Positions 1 through 9,792 of a DNA stretch of 14,817 nt are shown here, piece after piece (position 1 is the first letter of the stretch; each line of letters begins with the position of its first letter). The stretch lies in the IMG/VR virus record IMGVR_UViG_2645727868_000012; one strand, written 5' to 3'. The DNA is from a virus. Lineage: Duplodnaviria; Heunggongvirae; Uroviricota; Caudoviricetes. The position numbers and the translations under genes are program-made. Under the pieces are notes generated by a model that did not search any database, was not told the DNA's origin, and worked only from the letters and a program-made list of their open reading frames with translations.

Positions 1-1293
<1,293 letters not shown>

Positions 1294-1315
1294 TACCCAA
1301 TTTTTCTGAATCTAA

Positions 1316-1335
1316 AAAGCGCCTGCGGGCGCTTT
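1316..1335 (+). terminator. rho-independent terminator-like hairpin downstream of serS
   Basis: Inverted repeat AAAGCGCC / GGCGCTTT with loop TGCG, 23 bp after the serS stop. Short T run after the stem. Confidence 0.55.
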
Positions 1336-1413
1336 AAGTAGAGGTTTAATCATTTGAAAATAAATGGATTTTATTTTTAAGTGTCCATATAACGTCCATC
1401 TTTGAATGCAAAA

Positions 1414-1449
1414 AGCCCACAGCTTCTATGCTGTGGGCTTTGTTTTTTG
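1414..1449 (+). terminator. strong rho-independent terminator hairpin
   Basis: Perfect 10-bp stem AGCCCACAGC / GCTGTGGGCT, loop TTCTAT, followed by TTGTTTTTT. Preceded by AAAAA, so could act in both directions. Confidence 0.6.
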
Positions 1450-1482
1450 GTGTCCTCATGAGTGAGGGAACCAAAAAGAAAA

Positions 1483-1504
1483 CCCGCAGTTTTTACGCTG
1501 CGGG
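1483..1504 (-). terminator. terminator-like hairpin, minus-strand oriented
   Basis: Stem CCCGCAG / CTGCGGG with 8-nt loop. On the minus strand it is followed by TTTTCTTTTT (complement of 1471-1482). Confidence 0.4.
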
Positions 1505-1930
1505 CTTGTTGTTCACGTCAACTGGAAATAGGGTGCCTTTTCGACCTTTACCCTGGCAACCGATTGACGGGGAAGTTGCCTTCCCCGTCGCGGTTTCCTT
1601 ACTGCTTACACTGTAAGAACGCCGCAAACTCCGCTCCCCAGAAACTCATCCGTATTTCACACAGCGAACCGTGCAGCATCCAGATGATGAGGATTGCCGT
1701 CACGCAGAATGTGATGGCCGTAAGCGATTTTTGCGACATAGCGCTTGCTCCTTTTTCGGGGAGGCGCTAACCTATCACTTGCTGAGGGTAGATGGTTAGG
1801 GCCTCGGGTTAACGTTAAAGTTGACTCGGGGCCTTTCCACATCTGGCCTTCGGGTATTCCCTCCGACCATCAGCCGAAAGGCACCCGCACGTAATCTATC
1901 GCTTTTTTGTTACTCCGGCAATTCTGCCTG

Positions 1931-2191
1931 TTAATTCTGAGATAAAGGCAAACTCATCTGATTGTTTCCCCTGTGTGAAGCTGGCAGATCATGCCACGGG
2001 ATACCTTCTGAAGAGTGAACGCCGGAGGCGTGTTTTGATGTGAATTTATGGAAAGCTTCCAGTGTTGAGAAGCATACGCCGCATTCCAGATTGTTACACT
2101 GGTAATACTTTTGCCGCACGGTGTTTGAATCATTTTCCGGACGACTGGTGCGGATACGGGCAGATGCGCCACAAAGCGGACAACGGAACAT
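1931..2191 (-). CDS. ogr: Ogr/Delta-family zinc-finger late-gene transcription activator homologue (86 aa)
   Basis: ATG at 2191 preceded by AAGGGAGG. Protein MFRCPLCG...YYQCNNLECG shows the C-x2-C-x24-C-x4-C spacing of the P2 Ogr family. C-terminal extension relative to 72-aa P2 Ogr. Confidence 0.8.
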   Translation of the reverse strand: MFRCPLCGASARIRTSRPENDSNTVRQKYYQCNNLECGVCFSTLEAFHKFTSKHASGVHSSEGIPWHDLPASHRGNNQMSLPLSQN

Positions 2192-2231
2192 AGCGACCTC
2201 CCTTAACGTGGTGCTGCCTATTCTAAGTTGC

Positions 2232-3341
2232 TCACTCTGTTTCCGCTATCCATTCCGGGATTTTTGCCTCAAGCTCAAGCTGCGTGGTAAAACCGCTGTT
2301 ATCAATGGTGTGCTCGGCTTTTGCAATGATCCAGTCCTGATTATCAATCTCGCTTTTAAATCCTGTTACCGTGCCATGCATTTCGGGGTAGAGTTCTGCA
2401 CGTCCACGCGCCAGCGTGATGGAGAATGATGCGGCTCCGCGTTGTAGTTGCTGCCACTTTGCCGCCGCTGCGCGTCTTGCTGCCTGCTCGTTCTGATAAG
2501 TCTTGCGTAACACAAACACATTGCCTTCCGCGCCTTCCATATAATCACCTTCGCGGCTGCTGCTTTTCTCCTTTTTGGGTTTTGGCGGTTTACGGCGTTT
2601 CACGCTGACTTTTTTCTTTTTCCCGTAATTAAGATCAAGCCAGTAAGCGCGTACCCCCGTATACGCTTCGCGGTCAGCAATGCGGAACTGATGGCGATCG
2701 CCGCTGCTGCGTGTGATGGCAAACGATGGCAACGGCTGGCCCTGTGCGTTCACGCCACCGCCGGGCATGATGAATAACAGATTACCGCTTTTTACCGTGG
2801 TGATTGCGCCCAGCATTTCCGCCATGCGCGTAAGGAAGGACATGTCGCTTTCTTCGGTCTGGTCGGCGTGGTCGATTTCGATATCCATCAGCATTTCGCT
2901 GATTTGCGGTTTCAGACCATACCGATGAGCGATGGCGGATACCACACGCTCAACGGTCACATCATGCCAGGACACCTCACGTTTAACGTTAAATTCATCC
3001 CGAAAATCTGCGCTTCTGGCTGAAACAGTCAGCCTGTCCGGCGGTCCTTCGTGAGCGATTTCATCAACAATGTAAGTGCCTTTTTCTGTCAGCGGTTCTC
3101 CTTTCCAGCCAATGAGAACCGTCAGGCGCGCGCCCCGTGGCGGTAGCTGCAACTGACCATCCGCATCATCCAGCGTGATGGTGAGCTGGTCCGCCTCAAA
3201 TCCCCGGTTGTCGGTCAGTGACAGGCTCATCAGGCGCTCTGCCACGCCTGACAGCGTTTTACCCTCCGCGAGAATATCAAAATCCGGCATTTTCACGGGG
3301 TCTGTGCCCTGACTGAGCAATTGCATGGTGGTGTCGGTCAT
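2232..3341 (-). CDS. D: P2 gpD-like tail protein (369 aa from ATG at 3341)
   Basis: Track ORF 2232..3473 begins at an upstream non-canonical start. The internal ATG at 3341 (MTDTTMQLLSQG...) has an AGGGAGGGAG Shine-Dalgarno and matches the gpD N-terminus as I recall it. Followed on the same strand by ogr, as in P2. Confidence 0.88.
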   Translation of the reverse strand: MTDTTMQLLSQGTDPVKMPDFDILAEGKTLSGVAERLMSLSLTDNRGFEADQLTITLDDADGQLQLPPRGARLTVLIGWKGEPLTEKGTYIVDEIAHEGPPDRLTVSARSADFRDEFNVKREVSWHDVTVERVVSAIAHRYGLKPQISEMLMDIEIDHADQTEESDMSFLTRMAEMLGAITTVKSGNLLFIMPGGGVNAQGQPLPSFAITRSSGDRHQFRIADREAYTGVRAYWLDLNYGKKKKVSVKRRKPPKPKKEKSSSREGDYMEGAEGNVFVLRKTYQNEQAARRAAAAKWQQLQRGAASFSITLARGRAELYPEMHGTVTGFKSEIDNQDWIIAKAEHTIDNSGFTTQLELEAKIPEWIAETE

Positions 3342-3498
3342 CTGCTCCCTCCCTGTGCGGCATGGTCGCATGTGCGTGCGGAGGGGGTTACTGCTTTTTG
3401 TTGTCGCCGTGGCGGGAGAACGGCGCAGGGGTGAGATTACGCGCGTGGTGGGTGATGATTGTTGCCGAATCATTTAACGGATACAAGGGGCTGAAGCT

Positions 3499-4683
3499 AT
3501 GAGTGAAACTCGTTTTCATGGTGCCCGTGTCACGGAAAGTACCGACCTGGTAACAGCGATTAATGATGTTGATTCCAGCGTTATCGGTATCGTGGCAACG
3601 GCGGATGATGCGGATGCGGAGCTGTTCCCGCTGAACAAGCCCACACTGCTGACCCGCGTCAATGACGTGCTGGGAAAATGCGGGACTACGGGGACGCTTT
3701 ATCGTGCGCTTAAGGCTATCGCAGACCAGGTGAGCACAAAAGTGATCGTCGTTCGCGTGGCTGAACACAAAGAAGAAGGCGGTAGGACGCAGGATCAACT
3801 GGTTATCGGTGGTTCTGAATCTGACGGCAGCTATACGGGGATGTATGCGCTGCTTGTTGCAGAGCAGGATGAAAGCATCGGATACCGTCCGCGTATTCTG
3901 GCCGCGCCGGAGCTGGACACGGAGGCGGTGACAAAATCCCTGTGCGTGATTGCGGGTAAACTGCGCGCGTTTGTGTATGCCACATGTCATGGTTGTAACA
4001 CGATGGCTGAGGCGATTACCTACCGCCAGAAATTCAACGAACGTGAGGTGATGCTCTTATGGCCTGACTTCATCGCCTACAACCCGAAAAGTGGCAAAAA
4101 CGAAACGTTCCCCGCGCCTGCTTATGCGTGCGGCCTTCGTGCGTACATTGACCATGAGCAGGGCTGGCACAAATCGCTGTCCAACGTTCCGGTTAAAAAT
4201 GTGCTGGGGATGTCGAGGCATGTGTTCTGGTCGTTACAGGCCGAAGACAGTGATGCCAACAGCCTCAACAACAAAGAAATCACGACCATTATTCGTCGTA
4301 ACGGGTTCCGCTTCTGGGGCAACCGCACACCGGAAACGAACGCCTACATCTTTGAGGTGTATACCCGAACCGCACAGGTGCTGGCTGATTCAATTGCGGA
4401 AGCGCAGTTTGAAACCATCGACAGTCCACTGACGCCTGCGAACGTGAAGGATGTTATCAGTGCCATCAGGGCAAAATTGGATTCGCTGGTTACTGCCGGG
4501 AAACTGATTGGCGCGGAGTGCTGGTATGACGTGGTGGATAACGGCACCACGGATTTACGTCAGGGGCGTGTGCGTATTCGCTACAAATATACGCCCGTTC
4601 CCCCGCTGGAAGACATGGAGCTTTACCAGACGTTTACTGATGAATTCTTTGGTCCCGCATTTGCGGTGCTGGGAGGTGCCTGA
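3499..4683 (+). CDS. FI: contractile tail sheath protein, P2 gpFI-like (394 aa)
   Basis: Length and sequence character of P2 FI sheath. ATG at 3499 with AAGGGG upstream. Stop overlaps the next start (TGATG). Confidence 0.95.
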   Translation: MSETRFHGARVTESTDLVTAINDVDSSVIGIVATADDADAELFPLNKPTLLTRVNDVLGKCGTTGTLYRALKAIADQVSTKVIVVRVAEHKEEGGRTQDQLVIGGSESDGSYTGMYALLVAEQDESIGYRPRILAAPELDTEAVTKSLCVIAGKLRAFVYATCHGCNTMAEAITYRQKFNEREVMLLWPDFIAYNPKSGKNETFPAPAYACGLRAYIDHEQGWHKSLSNVPVKNVLGMSRHVFWSLQAEDSDANSLNNKEITTIIRRNGFRFWGNRTPETNAYIFEVYTRTAQVLADSIAEAQFETIDSPLTPANVKDVISAIRAKLDSLVTAGKLIGAECWYDVVDNGTTDLRQGRVRIRYKYTPVPPLEDMELYQTFTDEFFGPAFAVLGGA

Positions 4684-5195
4684 TGGCTGTACCAAAACAT
4701 CTTCGCTTTTTTACGTTGTTTGTGGATGGTGAAAACGAAGTGGGTAAAGTGACATCCGTCACGCCGCCCAAACTGACGCGCAAAACCGACAGCTATCGTG
4801 GTGGTGGCATGATGGGAGCAGTAAGTATTGATCTCGGTCTGGACGACTCCGCGCTTGATGCGAGCTTTGTCATGGGGGGAGCTGTTCGTGCACTGTTCCT
4901 TAAGTATGGCGGCACGATTGACGGCACGCTGCTGCGTTTTGCGGGTGAATATTACACCGATGCAGAAAGCGATCTGTATGAAATCGAGATGCGCGGGCGT
5001 GTGACGGAAATTGATATGGGGGAGGCCAAACAGGGCGAAGCCACATCACACACTTACGCTGTCAAAAACACCTACTACAAGCTGAGCGTTAACGATCGCC
5101 CGCTGTGGGAAATCGACCTGTTGAACCACATCTACCGGAAGGACGGCAAGGACATTGTGCCTGACCGCATTCGTTCCGCGCTTGGGCTTGGCTGA
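4683..5195 (+). CDS. FII: tail tube protein, P2 gpFII-like (170 aa)
   Basis: GGGAGG 6 nt upstream of ATG 4683. Translational coupling with FI. Size and sequence as for P2 FII. Confidence 0.95.
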   Translation: MAVPKHLRFFTLFVDGENEVGKVTSVTPPKLTRKTDSYRGGGMMGAVSIDLGLDDSALDASFVMGGAVRALFLKYGGTIDGTLLRFAGEYYTDAESDLYEIEMRGRVTEIDMGEAKQGEATSHTYAVKNTYYKLSVNDRPLWEIDLLNHIYRKDGKDIVPDRIRSALGLG

Positions 5196-5250
5196 TAAGT
5201 AATATGCAGGCGGCGCAGTGCGTCGCCTCTGACTGAAAAGGAGACAACTG

Positions 5251-5625
5251 ATGAAAGATATCGATACTGAAACCCGGAATAACACCGTAGCGGATGATGT
5301 GACGTCAGGTGAGGATATGGCTGTCGAACGTGGTGTAAAACTTTCCCGGCCAATTGAGCGTGGTGCCGAAAAAATCACATATGTGGAGATCACCGGGGCT
5401 ATTGAGCAGGCGGGATCCCTGCGTGGTCTGTCGCTGTCTGATGTGCTGAATCTGAAAGCGGATACCATGTTCACGCTGTTGCCTCGCGTGACCTCGCCAC
5501 GACTGGATGAAGTGATGATTAAAAAAATGTCGTCACGCGATTTTATTCAGTTGTGCGCTGTGGCTGTAAATTTTATGAGCGAGCCAGACTCTGGCGCGAA
5601 GAGCGTGCAGGAGACGGCAGCGTAA
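5251..5625 (+). CDS. E: tail assembly chaperone, P2 gpE-like (124 aa)
   Basis: AAGGAG 8 nt upstream of ATG 5251. Position between tube and tape-measure genes. A -1 frame ORF overlaps its 3' end. Confidence 0.85.
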   Translation: MKDIDTETRNNTVADDVTSGEDMAVERGVKLSRPIERGAEKITYVEITGAIEQAGSLRGLSLSDVLNLKADTMFTLLPRVTSPRLDEVMIKKMSSRDFIQLCAVAVNFMSEPDSGAKSVQETAA

Positions 5626-5789
5626 TCACCCTGGTGTGCTTTGAGCACATCGAAGATCTGGTGGCGGATATTGCCGCCATTTTCAACTGGTCGCCCGCCG
5701 AAATCTTCATGATGACGCCCGGCGAAGTGGTTAGCTGGCGTGAGCGGGCGGCACTTCGCAGCGGGAATGCAGATAATGAAGACTCTTGA
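5251..5789 (+). CDS. E+E' fusion product predicted from programmed -1 ribosomal frameshift (about 179 aa if the slip is at 5568-5574)
   Basis: The -1 frame is open from 5523 to TGA 5787-5789 and overlaps the E 3' end. Candidate slippery heptamer A_AAT_TTT at 5568-5574 in the E frame. Analogous to P2 E/E+E' and lambda G/GT. Confidence 0.6.
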
Positions 5790-8583
5790 CATCCGGGTCG
5801 CTTTCAGCGCCGTTGACAGGCTGACCCGGCCTGCCGAAAACGCCCGCCGCCTGATGGGGCAGTTTGGTGACTCCATTCAGCGAACGCAGGGGGCGATCAA
5901 AAATCTCGAGCGTCAGGCGCGTTCATTTGAGCGCGCCCGCGACGCTGTCAGTAAAGCGGATGCGGGTATCGTGAAAGCACGACGCCAGCTTAACGCCCTT
6001 AATCAGTTACAACGCACGGGTACAGTGCTCAGCGAAAAACAACAAAAGCTGATGCAGCAGTTAAGCACCCGGCTTGAACGCCTGAATGAATCGCGCACAC
6101 GGGAAATTCAGAAAATGCGGGAGCTTGGCGGAGAACTGAAACGCCACGGCATTTCCCTGACAGGCAGCGATAACACCATCCAGCAGGCCATCAGACGCAC
6201 CGAACAATACAACAACCAGCTTGAACGCGAACGGCAGGCGCTTGCGCGTGTAACGCAGGCTCGTGAGCGGTATTCGCGCGCGCAGGAAACCGCGGGAAAA
6301 CTGAAAACAGGTGGTGCGCTGGCAATTGGTGCGGCAGCGGCGGGCGGCTATGCTGCCGGGCGTTTTTTGCAGCCCGCGATCGGGTTCGGCAAAGAGATGT
6401 CCCGCGTTCAGGCGCTGACGCGAATCGACAAAAACAGCCCGCAGTTTAAGGCGCTGCGTGAGCAGGCGTTAAAACTTGGCTCTGAAACACAGTTTACTGC
6501 GAGTGATGCCGCCAGTGGGCAGAGCTTTCTGGCAATGGCTGGTTTTACTCCGCAGGCCATTCAGGCCGCATTGCCCGGTGTTCTTAATATGGCGCTGGCA
6601 GGTGGCGTCGAACTCGGCGAGACGGCTGATATAGGCTCCAATATCCTCACACAGTTCAACCTGACAGCCGATCAAATGGACCGGGTTGGCGATACGCTGA
6701 CAGCGGCATTCACCCGGACCAATACTGATTTACGCGCGCTGGGCGAAACCATGAAGTATACCGGTCCGGTTGCCGCAAAACTTGGTATCAGTCTTGAAGA
6801 AGCGGCAGCCATGGCCGGGATGCTTGCCAATAATGGTCTTCGTGGAAGCGATGCTGGTACGGCCATGCGCGCAAGTCTGTCCCGCCTTGCATCACCGCCA
6901 AAAGCTGCGGCTGATGCGCTGAAAGAGCTGGGGGTGTCAGTTGCTGACGCCAGAGGCAAAATGCGCCCGATGGAGGATGTGCTGCTTGATCTCTATAAGG
7001 CGACACAAAAATACGGACAGGTGGACCAGGTTTCCTTCTTCAAGGACATCGCCGGAGAAGAGGCGTTCGTTGGTTTGCAGACGCTTGTTGCGGCGGCTGG
7101 TTCAGGAGAGCTGCAAAAACTGACCAGAGAATTGCAGGGGGCAAGGGGAGAGGCCGATCGCGTTGCAAAAGTAATGGCCGATAATCTTGATGGGGACCTG
7201 AAAAATCTCGACAGCGCATGGGAAGGTCTTCGTATTCGCATCAGTGATCTGGTTGACGGTCCGCTGCGTTCTGTCACGCAGTGGCTCACGCGGGTGCTTG
7301 AAAAAATCACCTCGCTGGCGCAGGCCCATCCGGTACTGACGCGCCAGCTACTGATAGCAGGCGGTGCGTTGCTGGCAATGACTGCAACGGTTGGCTCGTT
7401 GTCGCTGGCTATTGGTGTGCTTGCTGGCCCGCTGGCAAAACTGCGTCTTGGCTTTTCCCTCCTGACCGGTTCAATGAATGCTGTCAGACTCCTGCCAGCA
7501 CTATGGGGAATGGTGACGGGTTCCGTTTCGTTACTGGGGGGCGCTATCGGGGCGTTGTTCAGTCCGGTCGGCCTTATCGTGGCTGCGCTTGCCGGAGCTG
7601 CCGTTCTCATCTGGAAATACTGGGATCCCATCAGGGCATTTTTTGCCGGGGTGTTCAGCGGGATTATGGAAAGGCTGACCCCGTTGCGCGAAACCTTTGA
7701 ACGGTTTGGTCCTGTTTTTGACGCAATCGGGAGTGGGATCAGCCAGGTGTTTAACTGGTTTAAATCGCTGCTGTCTCCGATGGAGTCCAGCAAGGAAACT
7801 CTGGATAAATGTACCAGTGCTGGCGAGATATTCGGTAACGTTCTTGGCGGTGCGTTACAACTTGTTCTGACACCTGCAAAAATGTTGCTGGATACGCTGG
7901 CGTGGATACTTGAAAAGCTTGGTGTGCTTCCGGATGAAGCGGAAAGGGCGCGCAAGAAAATCGAAGACGCACAGCGTGCGGCCATTCTTCAGGACAAGGT
8001 TGCCTTGCTTCAGGGGGACCTGGCGAAAATCAATCCGCCGAAGCCTGTGGAAAATGGCAATGGCACCGGAGGTGATAACCCCAAAGACAATAAACCGCTC
8101 ACAGACAGCAATACCGGTACGCTGCGCAGACTCAGCAAAATTGCTGATAACACAGGTAAGCTGGTTGAGGAGACGAAAAAACGCATTGGCCCCGGCGATA
8201 TTGTCTTTAAAAACCTGCCCCGAGCACTTGCTGTTCGTGGGGAGTGGCAGGAGCGGAAGATTGCGCAGGTCAGTAAGCCTGCCCCCGCAATTAATATCAC
8301 ACCCGTGGTCCCGGCTCCGCTGCCTCCGGCGCTGGTCCCTGTTGTTGCGGCCAGCTCCCGCCCGGTGGCGGAGGCTATACGATCTCCAGTGGCATCAGTT
8401 CCTGTAACTTCCCGTAACCGGGAGCCTGTTGCCTCCGGATTTGGTGGTGAAATTCATGTTCATCTGCATAACGTTGTTACGCAGAATCCCCGCGAACTGG
8501 CGAAACTGGTCGGTGAAATGGTCAGGGCAGAAATGGAACGGCGCGCCCGTGCCGGGCGTGGCAGTTTTTACGATAAAGATTGA
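5767..8583 (+). CDS. T: tail tape measure protein, P2 gpT-like (about 938 aa)
   Basis: Long ORF after E/E' with coiled-coil-rich N-terminal half, hydrophobic central stretches and Pro/Ala-rich C-terminal region. Track start 5740 is GTG; first ATG is 5767 (alternative 5776). Start uncertain, overlaps the E' end. Confidence 0.9.
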   Translation: MQIMKTLDIRVAFSAVDRLTRPAENARRLMGQFGDSIQRTQGAIKNLERQARSFERARDAVSKADAGIVKARRQLNALNQLQRTGTVLSEKQQKLMQQLSTRLERLNESRTREIQKMRELGGELKRHGISLTGSDNTIQQAIRRTEQYNNQLERERQALARVTQARERYSRAQETAGKLKTGGALAIGAAAAGGYAAGRFLQPAIGFGKEMSRVQALTRIDKNSPQFKALREQALKLGSETQFTASDAASGQSFLAMAGFTPQAIQAALPGVLNMALAGGVELGETADIGSNILTQFNLTADQMDRVGDTLTAAFTRTNTDLRALGETMKYTGPVAAKLGISLEEAAAMAGMLANNGLRGSDAGTAMRASLSRLASPPKAAADALKELGVSVADARGKMRPMEDVLLDLYKATQKYGQVDQVSFFKDIAGEEAFVGLQTLVAAAGSGELQKLTRELQGARGEADRVAKVMADNLDGDLKNLDSAWEGLRIRISDLVDGPLRSVTQWLTRVLEKITSLAQAHPVLTRQLLIAGGALLAMTATVGSLSLAIGVLAGPLAKLRLGFSLLTGSMNAVRLLPALWGMVTGSVSLLGGAIGALFSPVGLIVAALAGAAVLIWKYWDPIRAFFAGVFSGIMERLTPLRETFERFGPVFDAIGSGISQVFNWFKSLLSPMESSKETLDKCTSAGEIFGNVLGGALQLVLTPAKMLLDTLAWILEKLGVLPDEAERARKKIEDAQRAAILQDKVALLQGDLAKINPPKPVENGNGTGGDNPKDNKPLTDSNTGTLRRLSKIADNTGKLVEETKKRIGPGDIVFKNLPRALAVRGEWQERKIAQVSKPAPAINITPVVPAPLPPALVPVVAASSRPVAEAIRSPVASVPVTSRNREPVASGFGGEIHVHLHNVVTQNPRELAKLVGEMVRAEMERRARAGRGSFYDKD

Positions 8584-8595
8584 GGAGTCATGGCC

Positions 8596-9084
8596 ATGAT
8601 GATGATCTACGGCATGTTTGTTTTTGAGCTGCGCACGCTGCCGCATCAGCAGTTACAGCAAAACAAAAGCTGGCGGCATGTGAAAAATGAACGCGTTAAC
8701 CGTTCAGCAAGCTGGCAGTATATCGGTGCAGGTGATGATCGCATCGTTCTTTCTGGTGTGCTTTATCCTGAAATTACAGGTGGCGAAGTGTCGCTGTCGC
8801 TGCTGACCACGCAGGCGTATACAGGACGACCCTGGCCTTTGATTGATGGCGTCGGGCAGATTTACGGCATGTATGTCCTGACTGAAACGAATACGACCCG
8901 CTCCGAGTTTGATCGCTACGGTAAGGCGAAAAAGATAGAATTTTCACTGACTCTTGAACGCTGTGATGAGGATTTGCGGGAGCGCCTGCAATCCTCATCG
9001 TTCAGTGATATGCTGTCCGGCTTCAAAGATAAGGTGACATCATCTCTTAACAGCGCGGCCAGTTCAGTTAAAGGGCTGTTCTGA
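8596..9084 (+). CDS. U: tail protein, P2 gpU-like (about 162 aa)
   Basis: GAGGAG at 8582-8587. ATG 8590 is only 2 nt from it, so ATG 8596 (MMMIYGMF...) is the more likely start. Sequence character of P2 gpU. Confidence 0.9.
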   Translation: MMMIYGMFVFELRTLPHQQLQQNKSWRHVKNERVNRSASWQYIGAGDDRIVLSGVLYPEITGGEVSLSLLTTQAYTGRPWPLIDGVGQIYGMYVLTETNTTRSEFDRYGKAKKIEFSLTLERCDEDLRERLQSSSFSDMLSGFKDKVTSSLNSAASSVKGLF

Positions 9085-9093
9085 TTTAACACA

Positions 9094-9123
9094 AAAACCG
9101 CTAATGGTCAGATTAGCGGTTTT
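9094..9123. terminator. bidirectional terminator hairpin between convergent U and invertase genes
   Basis: Perfect stem AAAACCGCTAAT / ATTAGCGGTTTT with loop GGTCAG. T-rich on both sides. The 3' arm overlaps the invertase stop codon. Confidence 0.6.
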
Positions 9124-9712
9124 CATTTTCCTGAGTCTGCCCGGTTGTTTCTTCAGTCTGTATATCGCCTACAGGGTGATAACGATAAATCGTCGATGTG
9201 CCAATGCCGTAAATTATTGCCAGTTGTTTTCTGTCGTGCCCGTTTTTGATTAGCCTTGCTATTTGCTCATGCTGTTCTTTTGTCAGCTTCGGTCGACGTC
9301 CGCCTGTGCGCCCCCTTGCGCGCGCTGCCGCCAGCCCGGCCAGTGTACGTTCAACAATTAATTCACGTTCCATTTCAGCCAGGGCACCCATCACGTGGAA
9401 GAAAAAACGCCCCATTGGAGAAGATGTGTCTATGCTGTCGGTCAGACTGCGAAAATTAATCCCTCGCTCCCGTAGTTCCCCGACGAGAGAAATCAGATGT
9501 TTCATGCTTCGCCCGAGGCGATCCAGTTTCCAGACAACCAGCGTGTCACCTTTTTGAAGGCGCTTTAAAGCGCGTTTTAATCCCGGTCGGTCTGTCTTTG
9601 TCCCGCTTAATTTATCTTCAAATATTTGTTCACATCCTGCACAAACAAGAGCGTTTCGTTGCAGGTCTGTATTCTGGTCATTTGTTGATACCCTTACATA
9701 GCCAATCAGCAC
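9113..9712 (-). CDS. pin: site-specific DNA invertase, serine recombinase of the Pin/Gin/Cin/Hin family (199 aa from GTG 9712)
   Basis: Protein ...LIGYVRVSTNDQNTDLQRNAL...LVVWKLDRLGRS... has the catalytic Ser motif and C-terminal helix-turn-helix region typical of Gin-family invertases. Track start 9730 is TTG; GTG 9712 has a GGGAGA Shine-Dalgarno 6 nt upstream. Lies beside the crossover site. Confidence 0.93.
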   Translation of the reverse strand: MLIGYVRVSTNDQNTDLQRNALVCAGCEQIFEDKLSGTKTDRPGLKRALKRLQKGDTLVVWKLDRLGRSMKHLISLVGELRERGINFRSLTDSIDTSSPMGRFFFHVMGALAEMERELIVERTLAGLAAARARGRTGGRRPKLTKEQHEQIARLIKNGHDRKQLAIIYGIGTSTIYRYHPVGDIQTEETTGQTQENENR

Positions 9713-9766
9713 ACTGAATCTCCCGTCCAAAAGCGCAAATCATGCCATGCAGGCCAGAAACGGCCA

Positions 9767-9792
9767 TTATTTAAAACCTCGGTTTACGAGAA
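9767..9792. promoter_or_regulatory. left crossover site (gix/pix-type), 26 bp
   Basis: TTATTTAAAACC TC GGTTTACGAGAA: two 12-bp half-sites around a central dinucleotide. Matches the Gin gix sequence as I recall it at about 22 of 26 positions. Coincides exactly with the outer boundary of the inverted repeat. Confidence 0.8.

Noticed and set aside
1462-1770. 102-aa plus ORF and overlapping 61-aa minus ORF in the serS-ogr gap
   Set aside because: No ribosome-binding sites, they run through strong hairpins and terminators, and the translations are Cys/Arg-rich without recognisable domains.
1294-1930. tRNA or tmRNA gene as prophage integration target
   Set aside because: No T-loop-like GTTCGAATC/GTTCAAATC motif or cloverleaf-compatible repeats found on either strand by eye.
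3342-3498. Ogr-type late promoter (TGT-N12-ACA dyad) upstream of FI
   Set aside because: I looked for the dyad at each TGT in the divergent intergenic region and found none, so I do not annotate a late promoter here.
3388-3990. 200-aa minus-strand ORF overlapping the 5' part of the sheath gene
   Set aside because: Antisense to FI, no Shine-Dalgarno, Arg/Cys-rich artefactual composition. Its 3' portion also conflicts with the better-supported gpD start at 3341.
5196-5250. Hairpin between FII and E (GGCGGCG ... CGTCGCC)
   Set aside because: Stem has a mismatch and no T tract. Most likely an incidental intercistronic structure, not a terminator.
6993-7985. 330-aa minus-strand ORF inside the tape-measure gene
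   Set aside because: Fully antisense to a well-supported long CDS in a GC-rich region. Low-complexity Ser/Ala/Pro-rich translation, no start context. Typical antisense artefact.
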